Below, piece after piece: positions 12,351-26,478 of a DNA stretch of 64,000 nucleotides. The stretch's first letter is position 1; each line of letters opens with the position of its first letter. Source of the DNA: Eledone cirrhosa (Eukaryota); the NCBI GenBank assembly GCA_964016885.1, contig OZ024752.1, forward strand, positions 43,958,001-44,022,000, written 5' to 3'. A model generated the notes under the pieces. The model searched no databases and had not been told where the DNA came from. It worked only from the letters and a program-made list of their open reading frames with translations. The position numbers and the translations under genes were made by a program.

Positions 12351-12967
12351 TGACCACCAAGTGATGGCGAGGCTAAGGCGCTGAAACAACCTTTTTAGTG
12401 AGCCGCTATCGATGACAAGAAGAACTTCGCTGTCAGCGGCCCAACTCGACCAAACATCTCGAAGGCCACAGGCTGGAAAAAATAATTATTAGATAAATCC
12501 TGGTATTTCCGAATTTTATTCCGTTCGGCAACAGAAGCAGTGACCCCCTACCCCACATTTACCGTGGCACCCATGATGTGGGGGAGGGGGGGGGGGCAGT
12601 AAAGAATCAAATAGTATTAATAAAACAACATATTTACTAAAACAATAACACCCTCTGTTGGTAATGTCACAGATTCCACACGACTGGAATTTGGTGTTCA
12701 CTGGAATGTATGTTTATACATTGATATTGTTGTTAGTCTGACCAAAATGGTGTTGGTGTGGTGATGGTAGTGATGATGATGTTGGTGTGGTGATGGTGGC
12801 GTTGGTGGTGTGATGGTGATGATGATGATGTTGGTGGTGTGATGATGATGAAAATAATTATTGTTGAAGACCATGCTCCATGTCTGATTGTAAAAATGTG
12901 TTTGTCATTGATCTCTGAGACTGCCCCTCCTCATAATTTACTCCTATTCAGATGAGGGGGGGGGGGG

Positions 12968-13580
12968 GGCACCAAACTAGGATATAAGGCAGCTCCTCGT
13001 GCCAGGAAGACATTTACAAACATTTGTCCCCTTCTGTGTCACTCAAGGTTGTTCTCAAACTCAATCTCAAGAAGTCATTCAATTCTATCAGATGTGACAT
13101 CCTCCTCAGTTCAGTGAAGGAGAAGGCTCATAGGAGGTTTATCAGGAGCCCTGCCATATACCTTACTAGTAACCCCAGTGATACCTACCTTACTAGTAAC
13201 CCCAGTGATACCTACCTTACTAGTAACCCTATTAATACCTACCTTACTAGTAACCCCAGTGATACCTACCTTACTAGTAACCCTATTAATACCTACCTTA
13301 CTAGTAACCTCAGTGATACCTACCTTACTAGTAATGTCAGTGATACCTACCTTACTAGTAACCCCGGTGATACCTACCTTACTAGTAACCCTATTAATAC
13401 CTACCTTACTAGTAACCCCAGTGATACCTACCTTACTAGTAACCCTATTAATACCTACCTTACTAGTAACCCCAGTGATACCCACTATAGAGTCAAACAA
13501 GTCAGCTAGCTGGACATCTGTATTGAACCTAATAATTGTGGAAGCAGGTGCAGTCCTCTCCACTTTTGCTCTTACAATAT
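12968..13580 (+). mobile_element. Decayed CRE-like (early-branching non-LTR) reverse transcriptase fragment
   Basis: GTKLGYKAA...VVLKLNLKKSFNSIRCDILLSSVKE resembles the RT motif LKLDFKNAFNS.RRD; interrupted by a 27-bp minisatellite. Confidence 0.55.
13158..13481. repeat. Minisatellite, 27-bp unit x ~12
   Basis: ATACCTACCTTACTAGTAACCCCAGTG with an alternating CCTATTA variant. Confidence 0.95.
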
Positions 13581-13809
13581 AAATAAATTATATTGCAGTT
13601 AGATTTCTATTTGAAATTATATTATTTGTTATTTTAGTAAATTATATTTATTTTATTAATTTTCTTTGTTTTCTTTATTTCTCACAAAGAAAAACTTGAG
13701 AGTTATTAATTAAAACATTTCCATTAACCCATTAGTCAATCGTTCCAAGTTCACTGTCTCCAACACACATTTTTATATATAGTATGTATGGGCTGGTCTC
13801 ATAACTCCT

Positions 13810-14700
13810 GAGAGAGTCACAAGGGTGCTGTATTGGCATACAGCGTCCCTGGGGCAGAGAGAGTCGCAGGGGTGCTGTATTGACATATAGCGTCCCTGGG
13901 GCAGAGAGAGTCACAGGGGTGCTGTATTGGCATATAGCGTCCCTGGGGCAGAGAGAGTCACAGGGGTGCTGTATTGGCATATAGCGTCCCTGGAGCAGAG
14001 AGAGTCACAGGGGTGCTGTATTGATATATAGCGTCCCTGGGGCAGAGAGAGTCACAGGGGTGCTGTATTGGCATATAGCGTCCCTGGGGCAGAGAGAGTC
14101 ACAAGGGTGCCGTATTGACATACAGCGTCCCTGGGGCAGAGAGAGTCATAGGGGTGCTGTATTGGCATATAGCGTCACTGGGGCAGAGAGAGTCACAAGG
14201 GTGCCGTATTGACATACAGCGTCCCTGGGGCAGAGAGAGTCGCAGGGGTGCTGTATTGGCATATAGCGTCCCTGGGGCAGAGAGAGTCACAGGGGTGCCG
14301 TATTGACATATAGCGTCCCTGGGGCAGAGAGAGTCACAGGGGTGCTGTATTGGCATATAGCGTCCCTGGGGCAGAGAGAGTCACAGGGGTGCTGTATTGG
14401 CATATAGCGTCCCTGGAGCAGAGAGAGTCACAGGGGTGCTGTATTGATATATAGCGTCCCTGGGGCAGAGAGAGTCACAGGGGTGCTGTATTGGCATATA
14501 GCGTCCCTGGGGCAGAGAGAGTCACAGGGGTGCTGTATTGACATATAGCGCCCCTGGGGCAGAGAGAGTCACAGGGGTGCTGTATTGACATATAGTGCCC
14601 CTGGGGCAGAGAGAGTCACAGGGGTTCTGTATTGACATATAGCGCCCCTGGGGCAGAGAGAGTCACAGGGGTGCTGTATTGACATATAGCGTCCCTGGAG
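13810..14700. repeat. Minisatellite, 47-bp unit x ~19
   Basis: GAGAGAGTCACAGGGGTGCTGTATTGGCATATAGCGTCCCTGGGGCA. Confidence 0.97.
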
Positions 14701-14754
14701 AAGAACTCATCTCTTCTCCAGGCAGATTTCTTCAAGAGAAGGATAGAGAGAGTG

Positions 14755-14858
14755 AGAAAGAGATATAGAGGAAGAATTGACCCCAGTACTTGACTGGTAC
14801 TTTTTTATCGACCTTGAATGGATGAAAGGCAAAGTTGACCTTCGTGGGATTTGAATAA
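14755..14858 (-). mobile_element. SINE family B fragment
   Basis: GACCCCAGTACTTGACTGGTACTTTTTTATCGACC...GGATGAAAGGCAAAGTTGACC core. Confidence 0.7.
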
Positions 14859-15425
14859 TAAATTTATATATTGCTATATTTCAAATGTTGTGGTTATTAC
14901 AATTCCTTTTAGAACTGTATGAAAACTATGGTGATGGAAGTCATAGCAATTCAAACATCCAACAATGGAATTCTCTACAATTCTTTCAGTTTGCAGATTC
15001 ATTCAATACACTCTTGTGTGAAAAATTAATGTGAAATACATTTAAAAAATATATTTTTTCTTTTTTTCTATCTCAATTTCCTTTTAAATAACTCAAGCAA
15101 TATTACATTCTTTTTACTTCTATACATTTTGCTATTGATCATCTTAATATTTATAGTATCAATCTCCATGCCAATCTGTATAAATTACAATCATAACATT
15201 TCTAGCATTAGTTTTTCTCTCCTTCATACATGTAGATCATGTTTTACAACATTTATAGCTTTTTATATTCTTCTTAATAATACTCTATAGTTACAATCTT
15301 AGATTCTTTATATCTATGGAGTTTCCTTTTAAATATCATTTTTTATTTTTATGATTTTATGAAAAAGGTTTCCATCATTTCAAACTGCAAATGAGGAATT
15401 TAGATATGCTTCATATATTAAATAT

Positions 15426-15630
15426 AGGTGGCGAATTGTCAGTCATTAAAACATTGGATAGAATGTTTTGTAGTATTTATTTTGGCTCTCTACTCTCTGA
15501 GTTTAAATCCCACAGAGGTAAACTTTGCCTTTCATTCTTTCAAGGTTCATAAAAAAAAGTACCAGTCAAGTACTGGGGTCGATTCTTCCTCAATATCTCT
15601 TTCTCATTCTCTCTATCCTTCTCTGGAAGA
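15426..15630 (+). mobile_element. SINE family B
   Basis: Reverse complement of the 59030-59217 copy. Confidence 0.7.
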
Positions 15631-17576
15631 ATGTTTGTGTGTTTCCAGTGCTAAAAGGGAAATTACATGGCACTTGAGAGAAAAGTGAAGCTATTCCATT
15701 CCTTAACCAAATAATGTGTATTTCTTAAGTTGGATGATTATCTTTTCTCCCCTCTTTATATCTTTGACAATTTCTTGAGTTCATTTAATGTCTCAATAGT
15801 GTCTACCATTGTCTTCTGGCTTATCCTTAATAGCCAACCTGATTTTTAATTTACTTCTTTCTTGCTTTAATAGGAAGTGCTTTGTTGCTGACTAAGCAGT
15901 TGTATTTCTTCACCAGTCATAACATTGAGCTTACTAACTTCTTGAAAAGACATTTATTTTTAGAATCACATTGTATTTGTAAAACTTCATAATCATCACT
16001 ATTGCTTTTATTGTTGTTGCCATCAATTTCCATATTAACATAGGTTGACTATGTCTTAACTCCATCTTTCCATGCATCTTAATCCTATAACTTTCCATCA
16101 GTGACATTTCACATGTTCACACCTCGTTGAACTTCTTCTAGATTTTATATTTTACCATGTAATATTTCTTTATCTAACATTAAACCTCCATGTTAGTGCA
16201 ATCATCTCTCCTACATGTATCTACCAAGGAATTTTATTCTCAAATTGATTTCTCAGTCTTTCTGTAAATTTACCCTGAACATCATCATCATCATCATCAT
16301 CACTGTTTAATGTCCATTTTCCCATATTAGCTTGGGTTAGACAGGTTGTCCTGTTGTGAAATAAACCAGATCAGATGACCACATCTTGCTCAAACAGAAC
16401 TGATTTTGGCTTGGTTTCTATGGCTGGGTGCCCTTCCTAATCATCATCATTTTAAGTTCTCTTTTCCTTGCTTGCAAGGGTGGGACAGGTCCTCTTCAGC
16501 ACAGTATCTCTTCATTTGTCACAGTCCTTCGTTATCTCCTCTGTGAGCTTCAGCAGTCTGAGGTCAGTTCTCACCACCTCTGCCCATGTTTTCCGTGGTC
16601 TTCCTCTACCGTGTCTTCCTTCCACTGGGATTACCTGGCATTTCTTGAACCAGCGGTCATCCTCATGTGGCCATACCAACATAGTCTTCTCTCCTTCACA
16701 CTACAGTTTATTCCTAATACCAATGAATAAAATGATGATGATGACATATTTCAGGAAAACAGTTAAAAGACAACTGTTTAACCCTTTTGATACCAACCCA
16801 GTTAAAACCTGCCCTGGTTCTATGAAAGAAAACCACCCATTTCAAACAATTCATATATAAATTTATATCTTCTAACATGATATTATACAAGAACCATAAG
16901 TTATATTAGGAACAAAATAATTAATAATTTGAGTAAATCCTTAAAAATTTTGTATTAATTAATTGAAAGAGAGTACATTTTATTATAAATACGGTAACAA
17001 AAGGATTATTATATGTAAGATAATTTATATTTTACACATTTAATATCACATATAATACAGCAGTAAGAATTCTATACCAAAATAGTCTATAGAGTTTTTA
17101 AAAGAATAAAATAAAACAAAATCCAGTTCACTTTTCATTTTACACCTCATTGCACACAGTATTAATGTTGAGTGAAATTATCGCTAATAACAGCAAACAA
17201 ATCATTATTTAACTTCATATTTACAAAAAAAACTGTATATTGATGTTGTTGGATTTTTAGCTCTTTAAATAATAACACTATTTATTTGTTAGTATTTGTT
17301 TATGTGTTGTTTTTAATTAGCAACCTACCAATTAATCCTGCTAGTCTGGCAGACTTAATTTCCTATTGATGATTTCCAGTCTCAGTTCACAGAAACGATA
17401 AGAAGAAGAAGATTGTTTATTTTTGTCTTAACAATCATTTCTTCTGTTGGCACTCAACACAGAACATCTCAAAATGCTCCATTCACAGGAACAGCTGCAA
17501 TGCATTTACCATCATCATCATTTAATATCCGTTTTCCATGCTACCAATATATATATAGTGTGTGTGTGTGTTTGTT

Positions 17577-17618
<42 letters not shown>

Positions 17619-17995
17619 TGTATATATGTATATATGTGTATATATATATATATATATGTGTGCATGTATATATGAATATGTGTGTATTTATACACATATA
17701 TATAATTTTACAACTATTCACACCCATGTTATGATAGACAGGAGTAAAACAGAAAAGAAAATGTTATTAAATTCTTGGATTAGAAATTATTTATTGAATT
17801 CTACCCAAGAAACTATTTTTAATGATTCTAAGTTAATCTAAATATTCTCCCAATACCCACTTCTCTATCTCAATCTCTTCTTTGTTTTTTGGTTTCATTT
17901 ATATGTCAGTTTATTATTTAATTGATTCTGGAATCAGAATTTTGTGATAACTTTAATTTATTTAAGTTTCCATAGTAAACAGGTGGCAGTTTGAT

Positions 17996-18370
17996 AAGTC
18001 ATAATGTCCATAGGGTAGTCATAATGTCCATCAGATAGTCATAATATCCACCAGTTAGTCATAATGTCCACCAGTTAGTCATAATGTCCATAGGGTAGTC
18101 ATAATGTCCATCAGTTAGTCATAATGTCCACCAGTTAGTCATAATTTCCATAGGGTAGTCATAATGTCCATCAGATAGTCATAATGTCCACCAGTTAGTC
18201 ATAATTTCCATAGGGTAGTCATAATGTCCATCAGTTAGTCATAATTTCCATAGGGTAGTCATAATGTCCACCAGTTAGTCATAATGTCCATAGAGTAGTC
18301 ATAATGTCCATCAGTTAGTCATAATGTCCATCAGTTAGTCATAATGTCCATCAGTTAGTCATAATGTCCA
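17996..18370. repeat. Minisatellite, 20-bp unit x ~19
   Basis: TAGTCATAATGTCCATCAGT with CCAGT/TAGGG variants. Confidence 0.95.
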
Positions 18371-19239
18371 GAAGTTTCATTTACATGAGAAAGGGATGAC
18401 CATAAGAAGGAATAAAAATAAAAAGAAGTTAGAGAGAAAAAAACAACAACAAATGCTGAAGTTAGAACAGAAGAGCAGAGAAAATTATTGAGAAGAAGAA
18501 AATATAAATATTTCACTGTTTCATTGTAAAGTTTCCATTAAAAGGGATTTATGGTGTTTTCACACATTATTGTAAATTAAAATTTTATTGTGAGGGTTCT
18601 TTATCATGATGATGATATGTCCAGCCTCTGCTAGCGGAGGAGACAGTTGTTACATGATGGTGGTGGTAGTGATGGTGATGATGATAAGTCCAACCTCTGC
18701 TAGCAGAGAAGACAGTTGTTACATAATGGTGATGATGATGGTGATGACGATGGTGATAGTGATGATGATGATGGTGATGATTTGTATCAGTTTGTTGATT
18801 GATCAGAAAAAGTCAGTTTGTCACACAAGTGTTGTTGCTATGTAAACAAAAGCAACTGGAGACTGTCATGTGACATAATTCACAATATTCACCTGATAAA
18901 GAAACTATAATTAAGACAAAGCTATACTTTAGCAGAAAGAAATAATAACAATAAGAAGAGAAAAAGCTGATATACTGTGGTTACGGCAGAAAGGAAGAGA
19001 GAATGTGACTTGAGGGTAAAAATGAATAATTAGAGGTGAGAAAGAAAGACTTAGAAGAATAACAGTAAGAAAAAAAACATAATTATAAAATGTTTAATTA
19101 AAGTTGAGTAATGAAACCAGAGTAAAAATAATTTTATGAATGGAAATTAGATATTAAAAATGAAAAGAAAAATGTTAAAAAGAATAGGGATTGAAAAATT
19201 AAAAGAAAACAAATTGGGACATTCTGAAAAATAGAAGAC

Positions 19240-19455
19240 AAGCACCCAGTCCACTCTGTAAAGTGGTAATGTAAAAGGCATGGCAAAAAGCACCCAGTAC
19301 TCACTGAAAATGTGGTTGGCGTTAGGAAAACCTGCCAGAAACAGTCCTATATGAGCGAGATACAGTCACCCGACCCAACTTGCTTCTAAATGGGACAAAC
19401 CCGTCTAACCCATGCTAGCATGGAAGATTGATGTTAAACGATGATGATGATGATA
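19240..19455 (+). mobile_element. Headless RTE-tailed SINE-like repeat
   Basis: AAGCACCCAGT...GGTTGGCGTTAGGAA...CCCATGCTAGCATGGAA...(GAT)n. Confidence 0.7.
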
Positions 19456-19481
19456 TATATATATATAGAGAGAGAGATAAA

Positions 19482-19513
<32 letters not shown>

Positions 19514-19514
<1 letters not shown>

Positions 19515-19845
19515 GGAGGCACATGGCTTAGTGGTTAGAGCATTGGCCTTGCAATGGAAAGGTTGTGAATTCAATTCTCAGACTGGGTGATGTGTTGTTT
19601 CCTTGAGCAAGACACTTTATTTCACATTGCTCCAGTTTACTCAGCCGTAGAAATGAGATGATGGGGACTGAGGTCCCTATCATTCCACTGTAAAGTGGTC
19701 GTGGAGGTGCCACGGTAAAAAAGCACCCAGCACTCACTGTAAATGAGGTTGGTGTTAGGAAGGGCATCCAGCTGTAGAAATCAAGCCAGAATCAGTTGCC
19801 GTCCCACCCTTGCAAGCAGGGAAAAGCGGACGTAAAATGAAATGA
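19514..19845 (+). mobile_element. tRNA-derived SINE family A
   Basis: Full-length match to 6303-6625. Confidence 0.9.
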
Positions 19846-19945
19846 TAGATATATAGATAGATATATAGATAGACAGACAGATAGACAGACAGACAGATAG
19901 ACAGATATATAGATAGACAGACAGACAGATATATAGATAGATATA

Positions 19946-20558
19946 TTTCTTTATTAGCCACAGGGGCACAAAAGAAGGAGACAAATACAAAGGGGGAAGT
20001 TTACATACAATAAAAACGTGTAAAATGTTATCACAGATGGAATTTAAAAGTTAGTCGATTTTCCCCAATAGAGGGAGACAGTTTATATGGGTAACACATA
20101 CCCCCGAAAAAAATGTGCAACCCTCATCTCCAGGAGTACGAAGAGCTTGTACTCCTTTCCTCTCCTCCTCCTTTTCCTCAACCTACAGGCTGATATAGAG
20201 AGAAGGCCCATTCACTCGGGCCATTCTCGCCACTTTCACCCACCTTTCATAAAACTTGCTGGGGTACAGCACCTCTCTCTCCATCCTGATTCTTCTTCCA
20301 AAGTGGTATTTGAAAAAAAGAATCAGTTGTTGGCCGGAGAGAAAGGTGTCTGACCTCAGCCCTTTCAACCTTGTCCACCATACAACCTCTTTCGCCATAG
20401 CTATCACACAAAGGAAAACCGCCTCTCCTTCGTTTTTGAAGGAGGGTGGCGGTTTGATCATGACAATGGACTCGGTGGTCAACTGGATTGGTCCCACCCG
20501 CGACAATAGTCATTCTACATAGCCCCACAAGTCAGTGACCCCCGGGCAGTGTATGAAT
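19946..20558 (-). mobile_element. L1/Tx1-clade LINE, short 3' copy
   Basis: HCPGVTDLWGYVE...VFLCVIAMAKEVVWWTR...; 3' end AATAAAGAAA followed by (TCTA)n. Confidence 0.85.
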
Positions 20559-20585
20559 AGATAGATAGATAGATATATAGATATG

Positions 20586-22200
20586 TTTCTTTTATTTGCC
20601 ACCAGGGCATCAAAAGTGGGACAAGTACAATGGGGGGAGTTTACAAAACAAGGCGTCCTCAATAGGGAGGAGGCAATAACAATATATAAAAATAAAATAA
20701 AATATAACAAAAAATAAAATTATAACAAAATCCTCAATAGAGAGGAGGCGCCTTGGGGGGTTCGCACACACCCCCGAAAAAAGTGTGCTACCCTTCTCCT
20801 CAGGAGCACAGAGAGGGGGTGCTCCCTCGTTCCTTCCTCTTTTCCACCTACAGGCTTATGTAAAGAGAAGGCCCATTCACACGGGCCATTCTCGCCACTT
20901 TCACCCATAAAAACGACTGGGTGGAGCACCTCTCTCTCCATCCTGATCTTTCTTCCGAAATGATATCGGAAGAAACGGACCAGTTGTTGGCCAGAGAGAA
21001 AGGTTCCTGACCTCAGTCCTTTCAGACGCGTCCACCATACAACTTCTTTCACCATGGCTATTACGCACAGAAACACCGCCTCTCCTTCATCTTTGAAGGG
21101 GGGAGGTGGCTTGATCATTACAATAGACTCGGTGGTCAACCGGATCGGTCCCACCCTTGACAGCAGTTGTTCGACATAGCCCCACAGATCGACTACGCCC
21201 GAGCAGTGTACCAATGCGTGTGCAACGGTTTCCTCGTCGCACACGCATCTGGGACAGATCTTTTTCGAGGGGTCTCTACCCGGGCGCCCGTGTCTGTAGA
21301 GCCTTTGTCGAATGGGCAGAGCCCCTCGGTAGCACTGCCAGGCCAGGGACCTCTGGAAGTTATCCATGGGTCCTGGGCTGAATGTCCTACCGAACAGGTT
21401 GGCCAGTTCGTCTTCCTCCATGCCTAGGGCTTCTCCGAGGGCATCGTCGCACCTGCTAACCACCAACCCTCTATAGAATGACGAGGTGGATTCCCCACTG
21501 ACAGCTGGGTCCGTCTGGGCACACTCGGTGTGCCAGGCGCCCAGTTTTCTCGGTCTTTGCTTGACCCAGGATTTCAGCTCGGTGAGCGAGACGAGTCTGG
21601 GAAAGGCTCGCCTCACAAACGGGACCCACACCGGTTGACTGGTGAGGAATACCTGGAGGTGCCGTAGCCTTAATGCGTGTTTCCGTATCATTAGCCACGG
21701 CACCCCAGCCCTCCTTTCGAAGGGTGTTGACAGCAGATGAATCTCCTCACCATAGGGGCCCGCTTCTTCCAAAGGAATTGGAAGAGTGCGCGCTCCATTT
21801 TGGCGAGCCTTTCCCTCGGGCAAGGCACAACGGTCAGGCGGTAGTAGATGACGGACGCTATATAAGTGTTCGCCACCTCCGCCTGACCTTTCAGGGACAG
21901 TTTGCACTCGGCCCACTTCTGGGTCAGTGCAAACACCCTGTTCGTTACCGCACCCTAGTTCTTCTCCACCTAGAGGTCTGGTCCGAACCAGACCCCGAGC
22001 AACTTCACCAGGCCCTCCGTCCAGCGCCCGACGACGCCATCGGAGGGCATCGATATGCCCCTCCACGTGCCGAGTTGCAGACCGATCGACTTGTCCCGGT
22101 TCAGCTTAGCCCTGTAAACCTTTTGTACTCCTCCAGTAAGGTGCCGATCGCCCCAACTTCCGAGGCCGTCGACACCATTACTATTACATCATCGGCGTAG
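20586..22200 (-). mobile_element. L1/Tx1-clade LINE, 5'-truncated ORF2 with frameshifts
   Basis: Begins at RT motif YADDVIVMVS; KLNRDKS, KLLGVWFG, SKGGLG; CCHC zinc finger CPRCVCDEETVAHALVHC; GC-rich; AATAAAGAAA plus (TCTA)n tail. Confidence 0.92.
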
Positions 22201-23459
22201 ACAGACAGATAGATAGACAGTCATACAGACAGACAGACAGATAGAGAGAGAGAGAGAGAGAGAGATAGATATACAGACAGATAGATAGAGAGAGAGAGTT
22301 TATGTATCATTTTTTTTCTTTTTTGTTGACTACAATCCTAGAATTATCTTGCAAATAAACAGTTAGAAAGTTGATGACTAGCCTATCTAATTACTATACC
22401 TTTACCTGTGAACTTAGTCTGTTGTTAGCTAGTAAACTATGTCATAACATGTCAGCCCACCTTTAGCAATATGAAAACTGCTCAATTAACTCACACTTAT
22501 TGTTTAAATGTTTCCCTTTTTAGTTTCTCTTTATTTCTCTATTTCTGCAGTTTGGTATGGAAATATATGTCATTTAAGACCACTGTTGCACTGTAACAAC
22601 TCTTGCCTGACCTTTCCCCCTCCTATCAATGCTTTCATATGAAGCTAATTTGCGAACAGATTGTATATGTGGATGTTTGGCTACTCATTTAAGTAATCTC
22701 TTTTATATATATATACTGATCTTCTCAGAAGAATGATTTGATATTCCTTTTAACAGAAGCCCAATATAATTAGTAATCATCAGGTGAAATTATACCTATT
22801 TAAACTAAATGTGCAATAACTACCATCATCATCATCATCATCATCAACAACTTTTTCATCATCATCATCCTCATCATCATCGTTATCTTTAGCATTACTT
22901 GAAGTGGTGGCAAGCAAAAATAGAAGTGTCAACCTAAATATCTAGCAGTATTTAGTTTTAGTTCTCTCTGTTCTGTGTTCAAAGTTTACCAAAGTTAACT
23001 TTGCTGTTTATCTCTCCAAGGGAAATAAGATACTTACTACAAGTCATGCACTAGGGAAGATCTAACTGACCACTGTACATCTCCTCAACAACTTTAAGGC
23101 TTTCCTACATCGGCACAACCCCTCAAATCTCTATAAAAATGATGAAGAGTAAAACTATACCTTTATGAATGTAATAAGCAATGTCTAATGAAAGGTTTAT
23201 GTAACCAAGAACTAATCGAAGTATTGAAGGTGTGTCCTAAATTGACTTTCTGGAAGCACAATTGTACCATAATTTTTTGAGCCCTTATACAACTGTATTT
23301 CTCATGAAATACATTCTATTTCAATCAATCAGTGAAGAATTTGGAAGGATTTACTAAAATTGTTAATTGTTTCATTACTTAACTTGTGGTTCTTATAGAA
23401 AATTATGTTGGGAGATTTTAATATAAATAGGAACACTGTATTTCAATTAATAAATGCCA

Positions 23460-23636
23460 AGATTCTCTCACCTCTTTCTGTTCAAACCAGCCATAACCAG
23501 CCGCTCATACTGATGTTAAGGTATTGTTCTCAACATCTCATAGATTCAATATTATGTGAGATAGTTATTTAAGATCAAGCCTTTACGACAAAAATACAAT
23601 AGTAAATATAGAGTAATGTAAATGGTAAAGGGTTAA
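23460..23636. mobile_element. piggyBac-type MITE, partial inverted copy
   Basis: Reverse-complement match to 66-271 ending AAAGGGTTAA. Confidence 0.7.
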
Positions 23637-23884
23637 ATATTGTCATCAAGTGATTTTGCTGTGCTTCAGCTGTTTTTAATATAGGCTTGTAGTAAGGTGT
23701 CATAGCACTGTTCAACTCCAATCTAGGTCATTTTAAAAGTAAGATAATCAATAATTTCTAGAACTGCAACAATACATGTGTATATATGTGTGTTTAGAAC
23801 AATCAATTTAATATCTGTATTGCAAGAAAATAAACTCTCTAAGCAATGTCACCTTTATCAATACTAATCTCATAATGATATATA

Positions 23885-24395
<511 letters not shown>

Positions 24396-24769
24396 CATTC
24401 AGAGAGGGTGTGAGACTTAAGATCATAAAATTATCTTCTTGGCTGTAAACAACCAAACATTTGCAATTGTTTGTTGTTGGGTTTACTTTGTAAAAGGGGG
24501 TGGAAGGGGGATGGGAAAGCTAAACCCAAAGTTTTACTGAAAGAGAAGAATACTTGGAAATGAGAAGTATTATTGTAAATATAAAGGAACTACCTGTACA
24601 TGTGGAAATAGTCATTAAGTAATGAGAAGCAGCCAGATCTTCACTGAGATATTGAAAATATCCAACAATGTAAGATACTTGTTAGTCACTAGATTAGTAC
24701 AAGATGGAACCATTTCTAATGACTGGTGCAGTATATTTACAGGTATACTAACAGGGAGGGACTTTCTAT

Positions 24770-25310
24770 GTAGCTGATGTGTACTAATACCGACATCTGA
24801 TGTGTGCTAGTACTGACATCTCGTGTACTAATACCGACATCTGATCTGTACTAGTACTAACATATGTGTACTAGTACTGACATATGTGTACTAATACTGA
24901 CATCTGATGTGTACTAGTACTGACATATGTGTACTAGTGCTGACATCTGATGTGTGCTAGTACTGACATCTGTTTATTAGTACCGACATCTGATGTGTAC
25001 TAGTACTGACATCTGTGGACTAGTACTGACATATGTGTACTAGTACTGACATCTGTGTACTAGTACCGACATCTGATGTGTACTAGTACTGACATCTGTG
25101 TACTAGTACTGACATATGTGTACTAGTACTGACATCTGTGTATTAGTACTGACATGTGTACTAGTACTGACATCTGTGTACTAGTACTGACATCTGTGTA
25201 CTAGTACTGACATCTGTGTACTAGTACTGACATCTGATGTGTACTAGTACTGACATCTGTTTATTAGTACTGACATCTGATGTGTACTAGTACTGACATC
25301 TGATGTGTAT
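24770..25310. repeat. Minisatellite, 20/23-bp units built on palindrome GTACTAGTAC
   Basis: CTG(ATG)TGTACTAGTACTGACAT repeated about 25 times. Confidence 0.93.
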
Positions 25311-25544
25311 GAAGGGCTGCAGATAAGGAAACTGTGTCCAACACATGCAAGCATAGAAAAACTGATGTAAGTTTATGATGAGGAAGAAGATATGACAATG
25401 TACTTGGGTTTTATTTATCTTTCAGTGCACATTGGATGTACACAAGAGATTAATTACCCTAAGCTAATTGGAATTGAATCTAGAAATATGTCCCAGAATT
25501 AGATATTTAAACCATCCAGTTGATGTTGTACTGCATAAATAATT

Positions 25545-25745
25545 GTTTCTACTTTTCAGACCAACCATTTGAAGGGGAGGGGAAGTCGATTAAATCGACC
25601 GCAGCGTGTTACTGGTACTTTATTTTATTGACCCTGTAGCAGATGAAAGGTAAAGCAGGATTTGATCTCAGAACTTAAAGGGATATAACTATATACCACA
25701 AAACATGTTGCCCGATGCTCTACTGATTACTGCCAATCCACACCC
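25545..25745 (-). mobile_element. SINE family B
   Basis: Same core as 2093-2235 and 59030-59217. Confidence 0.7.
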
Positions 25746-25772
25746 TTTACACTGCATAGATAATAAATCCCC

Positions 25773-25989
25773 TTAACCCTTTAGCATTTAAACCCTGCTG
25801 TATCCGGCCAGAATTCTCTCACCTCTTTCTGTTCAAACCGGCTGTAATTGGCCACTCATACTAATGTTAAGGTATTGTTCTCAAAATAAATAATATCAAA
25901 ATTTGGTAGATTCAATATTATGTGAGGTAAAGCCTTTACTGTGAAAATACAACAGTAAATATAGAGTAATGTAAATATTAAAGGGTTAA
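25773..25989. mobile_element. piggyBac-type MITE, inverted copy
   Basis: TTAACCCTTTAGCATTTAAAC ... AAAGGGTTAA; reverse complement of 66-271. Confidence 0.85.
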
Positions 25990-26478
25990 ACACATCGATA
26001 TAAAAACTATGTCCTCACCTTGATTTCATATTAAATCACTGAAGGTGTAAAATATTCTTCATTGCTATTAAAACATACAAAAATTTATAAAATGACAACA
26101 GATTAGGTAGTTGTGAATGTGAAGAGAAAAATATATTAAAAAATTGAACTACTCAGAAAGGAATATATTTAATTTGTTTTTAATTATCACAGAAAAAAAA
26201 TGACTTCTCTTATGAGTAACAATTGATATTTATCTTCATTATGAAATAATCATATGAATAATGTATCATAATTTATTGGCTCGTTACCAAAATCTCGTAT
26301 GTAATCTCCCTCGAGGCTAACAACGAACTACTAGTAACTTCTAATCAAAGTAGTGGCAGTCATGAAACTCTCTTTTGGGGGAAACAAATAAAAGTAGTTT
26401 TCTTTTACTGATTGCTCCATAGTCATCAGTGTGTGGTTAGTTTACCTGTTCTAGGGTCACAGAAGAATAGGAGGGTGA

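Noticed and set aside
13024-14356. Repetitive ORFs on both strands
   Set aside because: By-products of minisatellite periodicity; no splice or promoter support
14545-14660. CTCF-like AGCGCCCCTGGGGC in the 47-bp minisatellite
   Set aside because: Spacing is one base short of the CTCF core and most units carry the T variant; cannot be supported without a motif scan
13810-14700. Regular 35-47 bp arrays (also 27545-28717, 59582-59917, 62578-63220) superficially resembling CRISPR arrays
   Set aside because: Units are head-to-tail with no unique spacers, no cas genes, eukaryotic context
14912-15035. Possible exons after AG acceptors (also 17379-17510, 22551-22640, 52095)
   Set aside because: Short open frames with no recognisable homology and no consistent donors
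20720-22066. 448-aa ORF as a host gene
   Set aside because: Chimeric reading across frameshifts in a truncated Tx1-like ORF2
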